From assembly GCF_031769215.1 (NCBI RefSeq), contig NW_026781892.1, forward strand, positions 744,001 through 808,000: 64,000 nt of DNA. Direction: 5' to 3'. Under the pieces are notes generated by a model that saw only the letters and a list, made by a program, of their open reading frames with translations, was not told where the DNA came from and did no database searches. Positions 1 to 12,230 of the stretch are shown here, piece by piece. This DNA comes from Ylistrum balloti (Eukaryota). The position numbers and the translations under genes were made by a program. Position 1 is the stretch's first letter, and each line of letters begins with the position of its first letter.

Positions 1-32
1 ATACATTCAAGCTAAATTACAGAAAAACTTAC

Positions 33-114
33 CTTCATCTCCGGAATCCGAAACTGTGTCATCAGCATAGGTAATTCCAAAAACAACGAGGAGGGTGAGA
101 AAGGCAATCTTCAT
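33..114 (-). CDS. Exon 1 (signal peptide) of a probable thyroglobulin type-1 paralog; the rest of the gene lies left of the window
   Basis: Reverse complement reads ATG AAG ATT GCC... = MKIAFLTLLVVFGITYADDTVSDSGDE + G|gtaagt (phase-1 donor at 32-27). It resembles exon 1 of both downstream genes (MKIAILTVLL...; ...FADDSDSGTE G|gt) and has the same intron phase. Confidence 0.75.
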
Positions 115-212
115 TTTGTCTGCTACACTGAATATTATGGTCGATGTTTTTGTCTAGGATAGTGAGGCACGAACTACACTTTTTTTATAATGCAGTGTCC
201 ACACTGATGTTA

Positions 213-223
213 CCTTAAATACT
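213..223 (-). promoter_or_regulatory. TATA-like core element AGTATTTAAGG
   Basis: Identical 11-mer to the one at 2750-2760 upstream of the plus-strand paralog; ~100 nt upstream of the ATG at 114. Confidence 0.45.
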
Positions 224-2749
224 AGACAAGTGGCAACAGATTGCGTTGGTCAGTGCAGCACGAGGTGTAAATCCATTAACTAAATGGACATACGTGTGAC
301 ATATGTAACAGCGTATATTAGATAATACATGCGCAATTTAGATACAATGTACCATTGTAGTCCTAAAAAGGCATGATGTCTGTATATCACAAGTAAACCA
401 TTCGTTTAAGAGTAATTCCCTCCGACTTTAGTTTCAGTAAGTTACATTTTTTTGGTCTTTTTAACATACTTCTTTAGCGGTGTGAGTCTTTACACACAAT
501 CGACAATGGTTTAGTACTAGTTATTGTCTACTGTTGACTAAGACGTTTAATTGTGAAGTACGACGTTGCCAGCAACAGGTGAAAAAAGACAATGAAGAGC
601 TAACAGGAACCATATTCTTTTCAGTCACGTCACACAATTTTTTAAACATTAAAATGGTGTAACAAATACAGTATTTTAAGAGACAATTAAATGAATTTGT
701 GAATTATTTGCCAAAGTCTCGCTGTGGTGCTTTGGTTTCCGACAATGATGTGAATCCTTTCTGTAATCCTATAAATTAGTTACACTTGAAACGTGATATT
801 TTGATAAACTGTTTAAATTTTGAATATTGGTTTTATCATTCGCATCGTTCTGTTGATCGGACATAGAAGAGTTATGATCAGACAGAATGTAACGATGGAA
901 TTAAAAGGCAAGAATGGTCTTCAACGAGCGAATATATAAGAAGTTAATAACTTAATAAAAAAAAGTACAAAAAATATAATAATTATGATAATAATAAGAA
1001 GAAAAACAACAAACAAGTGTGACCCAGTTAATCAGTCAGTTAAAGCATCTGGGACGCATTTTGGTTTTATCTGTACGATCGGTTTGAGGATTGCCTAATG
1101 CAGCTAAAAGAAATACAACGTTTTCATGCAATTGATAGTAACCTGTCCACAAACATCAAGGGTTTGTATTGATATCTACGTCCGGGCATGGTCATCACAG
1201 ATGTGGAAATACCTCGGGCAAGACTGACCATTACAGGTTTAAAATCAGAACATCTACAAATAACAATGTGCCTGGGGAAACACAGATCGCTCCTGGTGTA
1301 ACGGATGATTTCGACACACGAGCTAGCATAACATATGGAAAGCGAACATAGATTGTAGTGCGTCAATATTGTGACACCTGGCGATATATCTTGTAGGAGG
1401 TATGGCGGATGTGCATGAATTGGTCCTTTATCGGATTCTGCGCGTCGGAGAAAAAAAAACTCTCGTCATACACCGTGAGATTTTAGGGACAGAAATGTGA
1501 CAATAGAATACCTCTCTAAAAGAAGATAAATCAAACATGTCCACTTCTACAAATATTCATAATATAATTAATATTAATAAGAAAAAAAGTATCTCAATGA
1601 ATTAAGATGGTAAAGTTGAAATGACAATGAGATTTCAATTAAATAAAATATTTATATAATAATAATAATATTTTTATTGCGGGGAGGGTGGGGGATGGGT
1701 GTGTGTGTTTGTGTGTGAGCTTTCTACGAGGTACAATCCATGCCATCTGGAGTTATCTCCCTTCAATGAACATTTCATTTACAATGAATATTGTTAATTT
1801 ACTGATGGTGAGTGAATCAGTATTACCAGAATATACTATTATTCATTCAGGATATATTTTGCCAACATCTCTATTATGTATTTATGTTTCTTGTTCGTTG
1901 AATAAATGTTGTTATTATTGTAAATATCCAAGTGATTAAACTGATTCCAAACTTTTAAGATTACAATGATGGTTAAATATCTAACGCCGGTGAGCTTGTA
2001 AAAAACAAGAATACATGTAATAATAAAAACACGCTTTGGTGATCGAAAATATTCCTTGAGGAGGGATCATCATCGTTTCCAGCCAAAATCAAAACATGAT
2101 TAATGGCAATTTTTAAATTGTTGCCCACATAAAACGTCTTATAACGCCTTCATTTCAAAAGAGTTCCAAACCGCGACTACATTACCTACTTTCTCTTTGC
2201 CAAGGCGAGAAACATTACTACGGCACAATTTATATATGATTCGTAACTTTTAATACGAAAAGAAAAAAAAAACTTTATTGAATAAAAGTTTTCATACCTT
2301 GCATGAATGGTGTTTATTAATTGAAGTAGTTTCTAGGGCACCACGTTTATCATGCATGCTTCAGGATTTGAATGTGATTACAATGTGTTATATATATATT
2401 CTATAAACTTTGTTTTCCAATATCAAAATATTTTTTTGCATATCTACCTAAGCTACGTTTGGTGAATCGGAGTGAGTATGTGATATTATATATACATTTG
2501 TATATAACTTTATTTTGCTGGTCCAATCATAATGGCAGGATTTACGAAACAGAAATGAAGTATCCCTTCAACGTCACTTTGAAATGTGTGAATATAATAA
2601 ATCATTACTTATCTGCGACATTTAACATTTACACGATAGTGTGATATTTATTGTTTTAAAACCTCTACATTCCCCGCTATTCACGCGACACATCCATGGT
2701 CAGTAATTTATCAGCCTGTCGAACAGGGATGTTACCCATCTGAGTGGTC

Positions 2750-2760
2750 AGTATTTAAGG
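2750..2760 (+). promoter_or_regulatory. TATA-like core element AGTATTTAAGG preceded by GGTC
   Basis: ~75 nt upstream of ATG 2834; Inr-like TCAGT/ATCAG at 2769-2781. Confidence 0.45.
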
Positions 2761-2833
2761 ACACCACTTCAGTCTCATCAGCCAATTAATTGTACAACCT
2801 CAATAGAACAGGCAAACCAGAATATAAAGTACA

Positions 2834-2909
2834 ATGAAGGGTATTATTATAGTTCTGATGATCGTAATCGGAGTCGTCTTTGCTGATGATTCAGATTCCG
2901 GAACCGAAG
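2834..2909 (+). CDS. Two-domain thyroglobulin type-1 secreted protein, gene TY-1, exon 1 of 4 (signal peptide)
   Basis: MKGIIIVLMIVIGVVFADDSDSGTE + g|gt, phase 1. The four exons total 76+187+80+188=531 nt (176 aa + stop). Confidence 0.85.
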
Positions 2910-3037
2910 GTACCGGTTTTTCTTTTGAATTATAGTATTATGATATATTGTGGCGAACTCTTTGCCGGTTTTAATTGGTATTATTGTGAAAAAGTTATGA
3001 AATGTATAATACATGTCACGTGTTCGCATATTTCCAG

Positions 3038-3224
3038 CACCAATAGCTGTGACAGACGTCCCGGAGTCAGAGGAGACTACAGAAGCATGTCAGAGGGAGT
3101 ATGATTACATCGAGGAACTGGAGAACCAGGTTTGGGAGGAAACAGGTGTCCGGCCGTCCGGAACAACCAAACCTCAATGTCTAGAGGATGGCACTTACGC
3201 TCCTCGCCAGTGTATGTACGGCCA
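3038..3224 (+). CDS. TY-1 exon 2 (first half of thyroglobulin type-1 domain 1)
   Basis: tttccag acceptor; (A)PIAVTDVPESEETTEACQREYDYIEELENQVWEETGVRPSGTTKPQCLEDGTYAPRQCMYGQ; ca|gtaagt donor. PxC..DG.Y..xQC is the thyroglobulin type-1 signature. Confidence 0.9.
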
Positions 3225-4423
3225 GTAAGTATCTCTATATAACTTATACAGTATTGCCGTAGTAGGCAAACTAAATAATATGTTCGTTTATATCTGTAGA
3301 CTGAAGAATGAAAATGTTAATAAAGAAATAAGTTCAGATAGCTTTTTCAATCTAATACACGTTGAAACAACAATTATGGCGAGCTACTTCGATGAAAACG
3401 ATCGAAAATTATTCACGCACCTAACAGCAGTGGTCTTGGAAGGACCGCACCGTAAGATTTTATTTAACGTTTGGTGTAGCATCTATCGTGCTTTAAATGT
3501 GTTGGGCTCATCTCCGGATTGAACATGATTTAGTCTTGTTGTAAAACCACCAGTCAACACATGTGTTCCATTACACTCAACAACTTTTGTTTTTACTTAA
3601 AAAAAACTTAAGAGTTCAACATTTCATATAGAGAGTTATGTCCCTTTACCTATCTGGTATTCTCATTGACAGATACCACATTTGACTATATCTAATTCTG
3701 AGGATTGACAGGTGATATTTAAGATATACAGAAATCTTTCTATAAGAGATACAATATCAGCCTACAAAATTAGATTCTAGTATTTTAACTGTAGTTCGCT
3801 GAGTCTGATGGTAATTAAAGATCAATGCTTAGGGGAGACAACTTGGTCAAGTCAAGCAGAACTTTTCCATTTCTTCTTGGTTTTGATAAATTCTGATAAT
3901 CAACTCCGCGATGTGAACATACAAAAAGAGCACAGCGGATTTGTCCGAGTTTCTTTTGACCCCCAACACAGACAGTAAGCATGATTCATGTACGATAAAG
4001 TTTGTGTGGAGTATAATATCCTAACTGTGCAATTCCTTTATCTATACTGAAGAGACCAAACGGAAATGATCGACTTTATAACTACATGTAGGTTTGAAAA
4101 TACTTAAATTACCATTTAAGGTAAGATTGATGCAAGTTTACATTCCACAATATTGTCAGTATCCAAAATACTTAATTACACGCAATTTGTTTTCGGGAGA
4201 TATCCGCGTAACACCGGTATTCTTTTGTTGTACTCAAGGTCTGTCATTTGAAACGTTTAGTTAGTACGTAACGGACGAGACGCTTGCATCCTACAGGTAG
4301 CTCATTGCTGATGATTCTCCTTTGTGTAGTTATGTAAATCTGATGTATTTGGACTAGTGGGGACGTTGGAGATGTCGGCTGCAGTAACAGTTAATATATA
4401 TTTGTATATCGCGTCTGTTTCAG

Positions 4424-4503
4424 CTGTCGATGTGTCGCTGCTGATGGAACTATCTTGACAAAGACAGATTTCTCGGAAGCCCAAGCCGTTGATACTGACT
4501 GTT
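4424..4503 (+). CDS. TY-1 exon 3 (CxCV motif, end of domain 1)
   Basis: tttcag acceptor, phase 2; (H)CRCVAADGTILTKTDFSEAQAVDTDC; t|gtaagt donor. Confidence 0.9.
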
Positions 4504-5271
4504 GTAAGTACATGATTACGATGATTTACATATGTGTTTTCTTTTTGCATTGAAGTACGATGTCTTAAGGTGTTAAAGTAAGTGATATTGGTATTTTCAC
4601 ACGCGTTTGACGAAGGAGATCTTAACTGAAAACAGCATAGCTTGTACGCATAGAAAACCGTGAGATTAATTAATCATAGTGTTGTCAATATGATTAATCC
4701 AAAGAATGGTGACCGTAATATAACATATGACAGACAAAAGTATTGACGTTTACCTTAAACGCTTCGCCATCTTAGAGCAAAGCTCACTTTTTACTATAAT
4801 TACTGATAACAATTCATCTGAATGAACATATTACAGTGCCACGCTTGCTGTTTTTCATGACTTTAAGTTAATTTACATGTATCTCTTACATGGAACTTAA
4901 TAATTCGGCGATGTATTTTTAAGAGAGCACAGTTATAAATAAGACGGAAGATTTACGGAACAAACTACGTACCATATGTGATTTTGAAAGACAAATTTTT
5001 TAGGTAAACGAACGAGTGTCACATGAATCACTCGGTGCTGTGAGATCGGATTTACACTTATACAGTGTAAAATGATGTTATATTCGTATGGTATACTGTT
5101 TTAAGTACATGTATGCATCAGTGTTGGTAATCAGTTTTAAGTATTGTAAATTTATGAAATCAGTGATATTGCTTTTGAGTGACAATTTGGGCATAAATGG
5201 GGCTTAAAAAATAATTTTTTTTAAAAAATCAATATTTACAAACATATAAATATTTATAAACGAACGTTGAC

Positions 5272-5458
5272 ATAGCGAGTGTCGTCAATGAAGAAGATGA
5301 CACTTACTCTTCCGGAATACCTGGTCTTATTCTACTTGTACTTTTTGCAGCAGTCTCTGTTAAAATTTTTCTTTTGGTCATATTTTGCCCTGGTTTTATG
5401 GAATTTGAGTTTGAATTATGATTATGTTGCCATGCTGGTATTTTCTTGATGCTTTTAT
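5272..5458 (+). mobile_element. Dispersed repeat R1 (3' end of a Penelope-like retroelement), in TY-1 intron 3
   Basis: Core gtcgtcaatgaagaagatgacacttactcttccggaatacctggtcttattc...tttgagtttgaattatgattatgttgccatg recurs about a dozen times in the window. Confidence 0.6.
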
Positions 5459-5535
5459 CTATTATATAAAAACTATAAGAATGCGTTAATGGTACCCATT
5501 ACTTCATTACATTTGTTTATCTTTATTTTTTGCAG

Positions 5536-5723
5536 CCTGTAAACGTCAACAACACGAGCATTCGCAGCTACAAATGGTCGGAAAGATTTTTCGTTGTACT
5601 GACATTGGAAGCTTTGATCAAATTCAATGCACCGGAAGCGTTTGTTTCTGTGCAGACGCACGAGGTGAACAATTGGGAGAGGAAACCGTGAACATCGGAC
5701 TCATCGACACGCTTAAGTGTTAA
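5536..5723 (+). CDS. TY-1 exon 4 (thyroglobulin type-1 domain 2, stop)
   Basis: ttttttgcag acceptor, phase 1; (S)CKRQQHEHSQLQMVGKIFRCTDIGSFDQIQCTGSVCFCADARGEQLGEETVNIGLIDTLKC*. Confidence 0.9.
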
Positions 5724-6051
5724 CGCCAGCACAATATACAATATTACCGACACACATATTTAGTAATGCATTAGATATAAGAGAGCTGGCTTTATAAACA
5801 ACAATATATTCAAACAGAACGAATTATCTTCTAACAAATCGAATTGTTCATGACTATAAATTGGTACTTCAATTTTCGTTTTACTTGTTCACGTTCACGT
5901 TGCGAAAACGTTACAGAACTACAGACCATTGTCACACAGGCACTGATATTTACGTGACATTCAAAGTCATTTTACCGAAATAAAACTTAAAATTAAAATC
6001 TGAATCTAGTTCATTATTTGTGTTATAATCATACCAGTAATGAAATTGGAG

Positions 6052-6232
6052 AATAAGACGAGGTGTTATGGAAGAGTAAGCGTCTTCTGCTTCATCGACG
6101 ACACCCGTAATGTAAACATTTATCAAAGTAAGTAAGTAAGTAATGACACGTTCTCAAATTAGAACAAGGTATACAACAATGGAGCCAACAGGCAAACTAA
6201 CGAGCATCAAACACGTCCAGCCTTACGTCAAC
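6052..6232 (-). mobile_element. Dispersed repeat R1 copy
   Basis: gaagagtaagcgtcttctgcttcatcgacgacacc is the reverse complement of the R1 core, followed by the R1 head. Confidence 0.6.
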
Positions 6233-7194
6233 ATAAATATTCCAAACATGTAGAATTTGCGTTTTGTAATATGAAACATAATAGACAAGGACGTATACCT
6301 TCTCAATATACAGAAGGGTTGATAACTTGTAATGCGGATAATTTGGCATCTTTGAAGTTGGGAAAAATAACTATTAAATATTTTCTAAAAAGGTCACATA
6401 TATTTCTTTTAAAAATAGGAAAAAGCAAAAGTTAACCCTTTATCATGCGAGAGAACTGATATTAAAAAGATAAACTTAAATTTTTGTAATTCAACACATG
6501 TACGTATTCCAACAAGTTACAAACAAAAAGTCAGCAGAGTTGATACATCCTTTAACTGAGTTTTGAAATTATCTCCAGTGATACACATGTATTACAGTAA
6601 TAATGAAACTGCATCCTACCGCTTGGTTGTCTTTTAGGATTCGATGTTAGGGACCTACATTGTTGAAATCTAGAAATCAACCAGTGAAAATCCTAAATTA
6701 GAAATAAATGTGAAAAACCAGACGAGGATTTTAACTGAATGAATCTTTAAATTGATTAATCATGCCTGGTATCATGTAAATGCTCGTTTGTCAGTTTCGG
6801 CGTCGTGTTAATGTTCTCATAGTTTTTACACAGTACCTGTAACTCTGGTCTGGCGAAGTCGTATTGGACCTAGCCTGTAAATTGGCCTACAAATCTCTGT
6901 GACTGGTAAGGTATCATTTCTCCATTATTATACGCAACGGGAAACAGTTTAGCCAATATCGCATTCTCTAAATCTGACCATATGTCTTCAACAGTTGTGA
7001 TCCGAGATATAAAAAAACAAATATCAGATACCCTTGAATGTAGCAAAGAACTACTAGAACAGGCCAATATATCTTTAACTCTGCTATCAGCAATCATTTT
7101 CCTACCTGAATGCCCTCGGGTGTGCAGTTGCGGGCATATTTGTTTTGTACTGTCTGTTTGTATGTTGTCAACATTAACCTTGCCCATAACTTTT

Positions 7195-7600
7195 GAACCA
7201 TAAGAGTTAGGGCTTTCATATTTGACATGTGTGTCCTAGTGATAATACCTTACCGGTGGTACCAAAAGTGTTAACCATGTGACCTTGACCGTGACCTTAC
7301 ATTTGATGAAAATGAACATTGGCCACAACTATTGCATAATCGGAGTTATGGCTTTCATTGTTGGCATGTGTATTCCTTGTGACGAAACCTTTTTGACCAT
7401 GTGATCTTTGACCTACATGATCTTTGTCCTACATGACCTTTGACATACATTTGAAAGTAAAAACAATCAGTAAATCATCACAATGAAAGCAAAAATGTGC
7501 ATGCAAATAGCACAAGTTTTACACAGTACAGTTTTAATATCTCACTTCAGAATTTTGTTGCAACCTGAGGTATAGTGTTTCATAAAAACCTCTTGTTTTC
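7195..7600. repeat. TGACCTT-rich dispersed repeat fragment (non-autonomous element type common in bivalves)
   Basis: Clustered gtgaccttgaccgtgacctt and tgatctttgacctacatgatctttg motifs. The family cannot be named from sequence alone. Confidence 0.4.
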
Positions 7601-7679
7601 ATTGTGTTAATTGCTGACAAAACATTATATATATTTACCTGTGTCCCCAACCTTTGATGTGTACATATCTTAGCTTATT

Positions 7680-8000
7680 TGATATTCAACGACCTGTTCC
7701 CTTTATCACAATTATCACACTTTTCACAACACAGGGTTTCAATATTCAATTTGTTCGATATGAAGCTGGACGTGGTTGATCCCCGTTAGTTTGCCTGTTT
7801 GTGGTCCGTTGTTGCATATTAGCTCTCAACTGAGAAAGTGACTTACTTGGATTGACCAATGCTTACATGGCGGGCGTCGTCGATGAAGCAGAGTACGGAA
7901 CACCAGGTCTTATTATCCTTTTACTGTTCCAGGAGTCTCCACATAAATTTTCCTTTTTTTCAAATTTTTCCCATTGAATTTGAAGTTTGGCTTAAGATCC
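7680..8000 (+). mobile_element. Dispersed repeat R1 copy with head
   Basis: acaacacagggtttc...gatatgaagctggacgtggttg...gtcgtcgatgaagcagag, matching the copies at 19130 and 58600-58900. Confidence 0.6.
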
Positions 8001-8844
8001 CGATAACAGATAACCATTTTTTATCGTTCTTTAGTGATCTCTTGTTATATTGTCTATAGTGAGATTTTCGTTTTGAAAGATCTGATGCTGTGAAAACGAT
8101 AAGTAGCTACAACTGGAAATCGTGAACTGTAAATTTTATAAGTAATTTTTCTCTAGAATATTTTAGCTATGGCTATGCAATAATCTCGTGCCAAAAATCC
8201 TGTTACCCCTTGTGAAGGTCGTAAGATGGTGGAGATATAGGTGTTTCGTAGATACCTCTCATTAATCTTCTGATGTGAGGTTATTGTCAGTACAACACAC
8301 AGGTAAAGTACCAGGATTGTCCATCCCTTCAGAACGCCGTATGCTTTACTTTTAAGTTGAAGCTGCCTTCGTCGTCGCCGCTGTTGCTTGTCCATTGGCT
8401 TATTACAAGGGTTCTCTACTGCCGGAGTTGAATGTTTCCCTACGGAAAACAATTTTGTTTTAAAATTGTACAGCTACCTCTAAATTAAATGATATCTTCA
8501 TGGATACATAATTGGAAGATATTGAAATACATGCCATTCTGTGTAGATTAGATTCGTTTGAAATCGGCATGGAAATTGATTAAAAAATATTCACTTTGAG
8601 TATGTGTCACTTAAAGACTCACATGATAAAAGCATATTTGAATACAAATTTGAAGTTAGATAAGAAAACGCCAAATAAGGAATGACACTATATCGAACAG
8701 CTGTTCTGGCCATCTGCATTTCAATAGGAATGTTAAACGGAAAATTGTGATATCTTAGGGGCGACTAAGGAAGATAAAAAAAACGTGGCATACAGCCTTA
8801 AAAAAGCTGAACAGCTAGTATAGAAAACGTGACGGGCCAGGCGT

Positions 8845-9203
8845 TGAAAAGCTTAAGAACTAGTTCACGAACATGGCATGCAGGGCACTGAAAAGTTGAA
8901 GAACTAGTTCACGAACGTGGCATGCAGGGTCATGAAAAGTTGAAGAACTAGTTCACGAACATGGCATGCAGGGTCATGAAAAGTTGAAGAACTAGTTCAC
9001 GAACGTGGCATGCAGGGTCATGAAAAGTTGAAGAACTAGTTCACGAACGTGGCATGCAGCACCCTGAAAAGCTGAAGAACTAGTTCACGAACGTAGCATG
9101 CAGGGTCATGAAAAGATGAGGAACTAGTTCACGAACGTGGCATGCAGCACCCTGAAAAGCTGAAGAACTTGTTCACAAACACGGCATGCAGGGCACTGAA
9201 AAG
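8845..9203. repeat. 44-bp minisatellite, ~8 copies
   Basis: Unit aagaactagttcacgaacgtggcatgcagggtcatgaaaagttg; the gaac anchor recurs at 8857, 8901, 8945, 8989, 9033, 9077, 9121 and 9165. Confidence 0.95.
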
Positions 9204-9389
9204 ATATTTAAGATGTCTATCTTTTTCTACAGAATTCACACGAAAAAAATATTCATATACAGTCCAAAAGCAGGTCTTCTTATAGACAACAAATGATTCA
9301 GTATCATGTTAATATCAACAAAATCACTGTAGCTGTAAAACCAATATTCTCTGCCATTCCTGTATTTTACTTGTTTACTTACCTTTGCA

Positions 9390-10500
9390 GCTGTAATGAG
9401 GAAGTGACGGTAAGAGGTATAGTTTGTCGTCTACTTTCTCAAAGCAACAGGAGACAACCAGCATTGCCAAAATGAATGCCTAGAAAATAAAGAAACACGA
9501 AGCCAGTTTTAGAATTCGTATTGTAGCAGTATTTGAGAGCTATAAGTCAGTCTTGAGTACATTGTCATATTTTGCAGCAGAGGGGAATTCATTGGCATAT
9601 GGGTTATTCAAATACTTCTCTCAATACAAGACCATTTTGCTTGTAGGGTTGCTGTTAGACATCCACAATACCATTGCTATGTTGAATTGCCAGCTGCAGA
9701 CGAACACTTTGCTGTTCAGTGAGATTCAGCCTTTGATGGATGGGACCATCTCAAAGTTGGAATCTATTCAGGAAAAGGATGGGGAAAGTCTGAGCAAAAT
9801 CAAAGCAGACATAGAGATTAATGACAATGAGGTCAGGTTCAAAGATGAGAAGTTGAGAAAATATAGTCCAAATATTGACCAAGAGTTTCAGAGCTTGAGA
9901 GACATCTACCTGAATTCTCTGAAGAAGAATATCAGGCACATGTTTTGTAAGAAAGGCAGTGATATTCTTCTTGAACCAATCACAACTAACAGTGTTTCAG
10001 CAAAAGAAGCAGAAGAAGCCCTGGAATGTGTTTCAGACTTTTACTGTACAGCCAAACAAACAAAGCTAGGAATAAGTAATCTGGTTCATGGATACACATG
10101 TTGACAGTCTGTTGGATAGGGGTATACTAGAGCAGGAGTGGCCGGTTCTGAAAGGGATGATAGCAGGAGCTTAAAAAGAGTTGTCAACATAGATACTATG
10201 CCTTAGAGTGATAACTGGTCACAATGATTTGCTTCCAGAATTCTCTAAGTTGTGCAAAATTGCACTTTGCTTTAGTGTTAAAAGTGTGGAGTGTGAGAGA
10301 AGCTTTAGCTTACAGAACAGGCAAAAGAGACAGAAAGTGTTGAAACACTGATAACTATACACATGTGTAAGAAAGAGCTTGAAGCATTTGACTTCACCAA
10401 ACCTGTCAAGATGTGGCTTGCAAAGAAGAGAAGGCGTAAGGCCAGGCTGATGCAGAGGTACAAGCCTAGGGCAAAAGAGGGCCCAGCTATCAGTAATCGA
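9390..10500 (+). pseudogene. Degenerate hAT-superfamily transposase (ZNF862-like type), C-terminal part
   Basis: ORF 9553-10104 (LAYGLFKYFSQYKTILLVGLLLDIH...). After a frameshift/stop it reads LLPEFSKLCKIALCFSVKSVECERSFSLQN (~10228-10320), matching the hAT dimerisation motif (..S....ER.FS), then FDFTKPVKMWLAKKRR. Confidence 0.7.
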
Positions 10501-11259
10501 TAACTCTTAGACACACTTTACTGTTTAAAAGTTAATTGTTACTTCAATTATTCAGTTATCAAGTTTTCTTTGAACAATCATCGTAGAAAATACTACACTG
10601 AAAGGAGTTCTATCCTAAGTTTCAAGTGATTTAAATTTAGATTGCACAGAAGTACAACTAAATGACATTTTATACATAATGGTGGAGGTTTCTGGTTGAG
10701 AAGAATGTTTCATACAGGTAAATGTTCAGATTTTCAGCATTTGATTTTGGTTTTCAGCATTGAAGTACAATATCTGAGAGTACGTACTCATTGCATGAAA
10801 AAATTATCTGGAGCACTGATGAAGGCTTAAAAAATATTTTGTCGGTCAAAATCATTTTTGATCCATTCAACAGATCGGCAGTTCTCATTGCATGCTGCGG
10901 TAAGTGTATTGTGGGTAATGAAGTTCCAGTTTGTTGGAGTTGAATTACCTCACACAATACCGTAAAGTGTTCGCTATTAGAAGTGAGTTGGGATTAGAGT
11001 GTTATTTTAACTTTTTAAAATCTAATTGTAGAGGAGTTAAGTAATAATTGTGAAATTAAGGTTAACAAAGAAAGGAAAGACTTGACCGTGAATTTCCTAT
11101 ATATTATTTATTATCTAAATATTATATGAAATGAAGTTGGTCAACAAGATGCACATTTTGAACTGCCTGATCCATGTCTGCACTGAAGTGTATTTTTAAA
11201 ATTTATTGTATGTTTCGCAAGATTTTAACAAAACATTGGCACATACACATGTACCGATT

Positions 11260-11260
<1 letters not shown>

Positions 11261-11329
<69 letters not shown>

Positions 11330-11353
11330 TTCTTCTTCTTCTTCTTCTTCTTC
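11261..11353. repeat. Compound microsatellite (ATC)23(TTC)8
   Basis: Counted directly. It explains the poly-I/F and poly-D/E ORFs in the track. Confidence 0.98.
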
Positions 11354-11384
11354 TAGAAAACAGTGCATCATCATGATCAGGCGG

Positions 11385-11460
11385 TGGTTTGGCGGCACAG
11401 TTGTAACAAATTGTCTTTCATCTAGCCGTCCGGGTTCGATTCCCCGAAGGGATACAGGTT
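11385..11460 (+). mobile_element. tRNA-derived (SINE-head-like) fragment
   Basis: B-box GGTTCGATTCC at 11433-11443 with an A-box-like tggcggcacagttg upstream; no complete cloverleaf. Confidence 0.4.
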
Positions 11461-12026
11461 TCATCCCATTGTTAAACCCCTCAAATGCTTACAACTAATG
11501 TGTGATTTTTATAATTTGACATAATAAAGTTTCCATATGTAAAGTCATGTGATTACAATCATACAACATGAAGGCAATGAAGAACAAAACAAAAGACGAC
11601 AAGATAGCGCAGTTTGACATTATCCCCGTGCCCCGCTGTTTAAAAGAAAGATGCACAATCATATTTATATGTTAATATTACAATATTTCTATTTTATAGT
11701 TTTTAATTGTTGCATACAAAGTATTGAAATTGAGAGCTTCTTCTAGAGCACTAGCTTGATATGTGTACAAAGTTTCGAGTAACAAGTAATTACCTTGAAC
11801 AGTTTAAGAGAACTTTGTAATTCGGCCTATCTGTTCCCATAGTAACAGTTAAAGCATTTTAATGGTTAACTTCTCCATAGCAAAAGATACTACAAGCTGA
11901 ATAAATGTAAAAACAAGTTATGTGCAATTATCTTGAATGGTTTCAGAGCACTGGGTCAGGAAAACTGAAATTTGTGATGAGGGTTATCTGTTTCCACGGT
12001 AACAGTAATGTATTAAGTCTTTGACA

Positions 12027-12230
12027 NNNNNNNNNNNNNNNNNNNNNNNNNNNNNNNNNNNNNNNNNNNNNNNNNNNNNNNNNNNNNNNNNNNNNNNNNN
12101 NNNNNNNNNNNNNNNNNNNNNNNNNNNNNNNNNNNNNNNNNNNNNNNNNNNNNNNNNNNNNNNNNNNNNNNNNNNNNNNNNNNNNNNNNNNNNNNNNNNN
12201 NNNNNNNNNNNNNNNNNNNNNNNNNNNNNN
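12027..12230. other. Assembly gap (204 N)
   Basis: Run of n. Confidence 1.

Noticed and set aside
1124-1366. Overlapping short ORFs between the divergent thyropin genes
   Set aside because: No recognisable motif, splice context or similarity to the neighbouring genes.
11385-11460. Functional tRNA gene (also 44461-44510)
   Set aside because: Only the B-box/T-arm is recognisable; acceptor and anticodon stems do not pair.
11174-11464. Poly-Ile/Phe and poly-Glu/Asp ORFs (also poly-Ser at 19781-19975)
   Set aside because: Translations of trinucleotide microsatellites.
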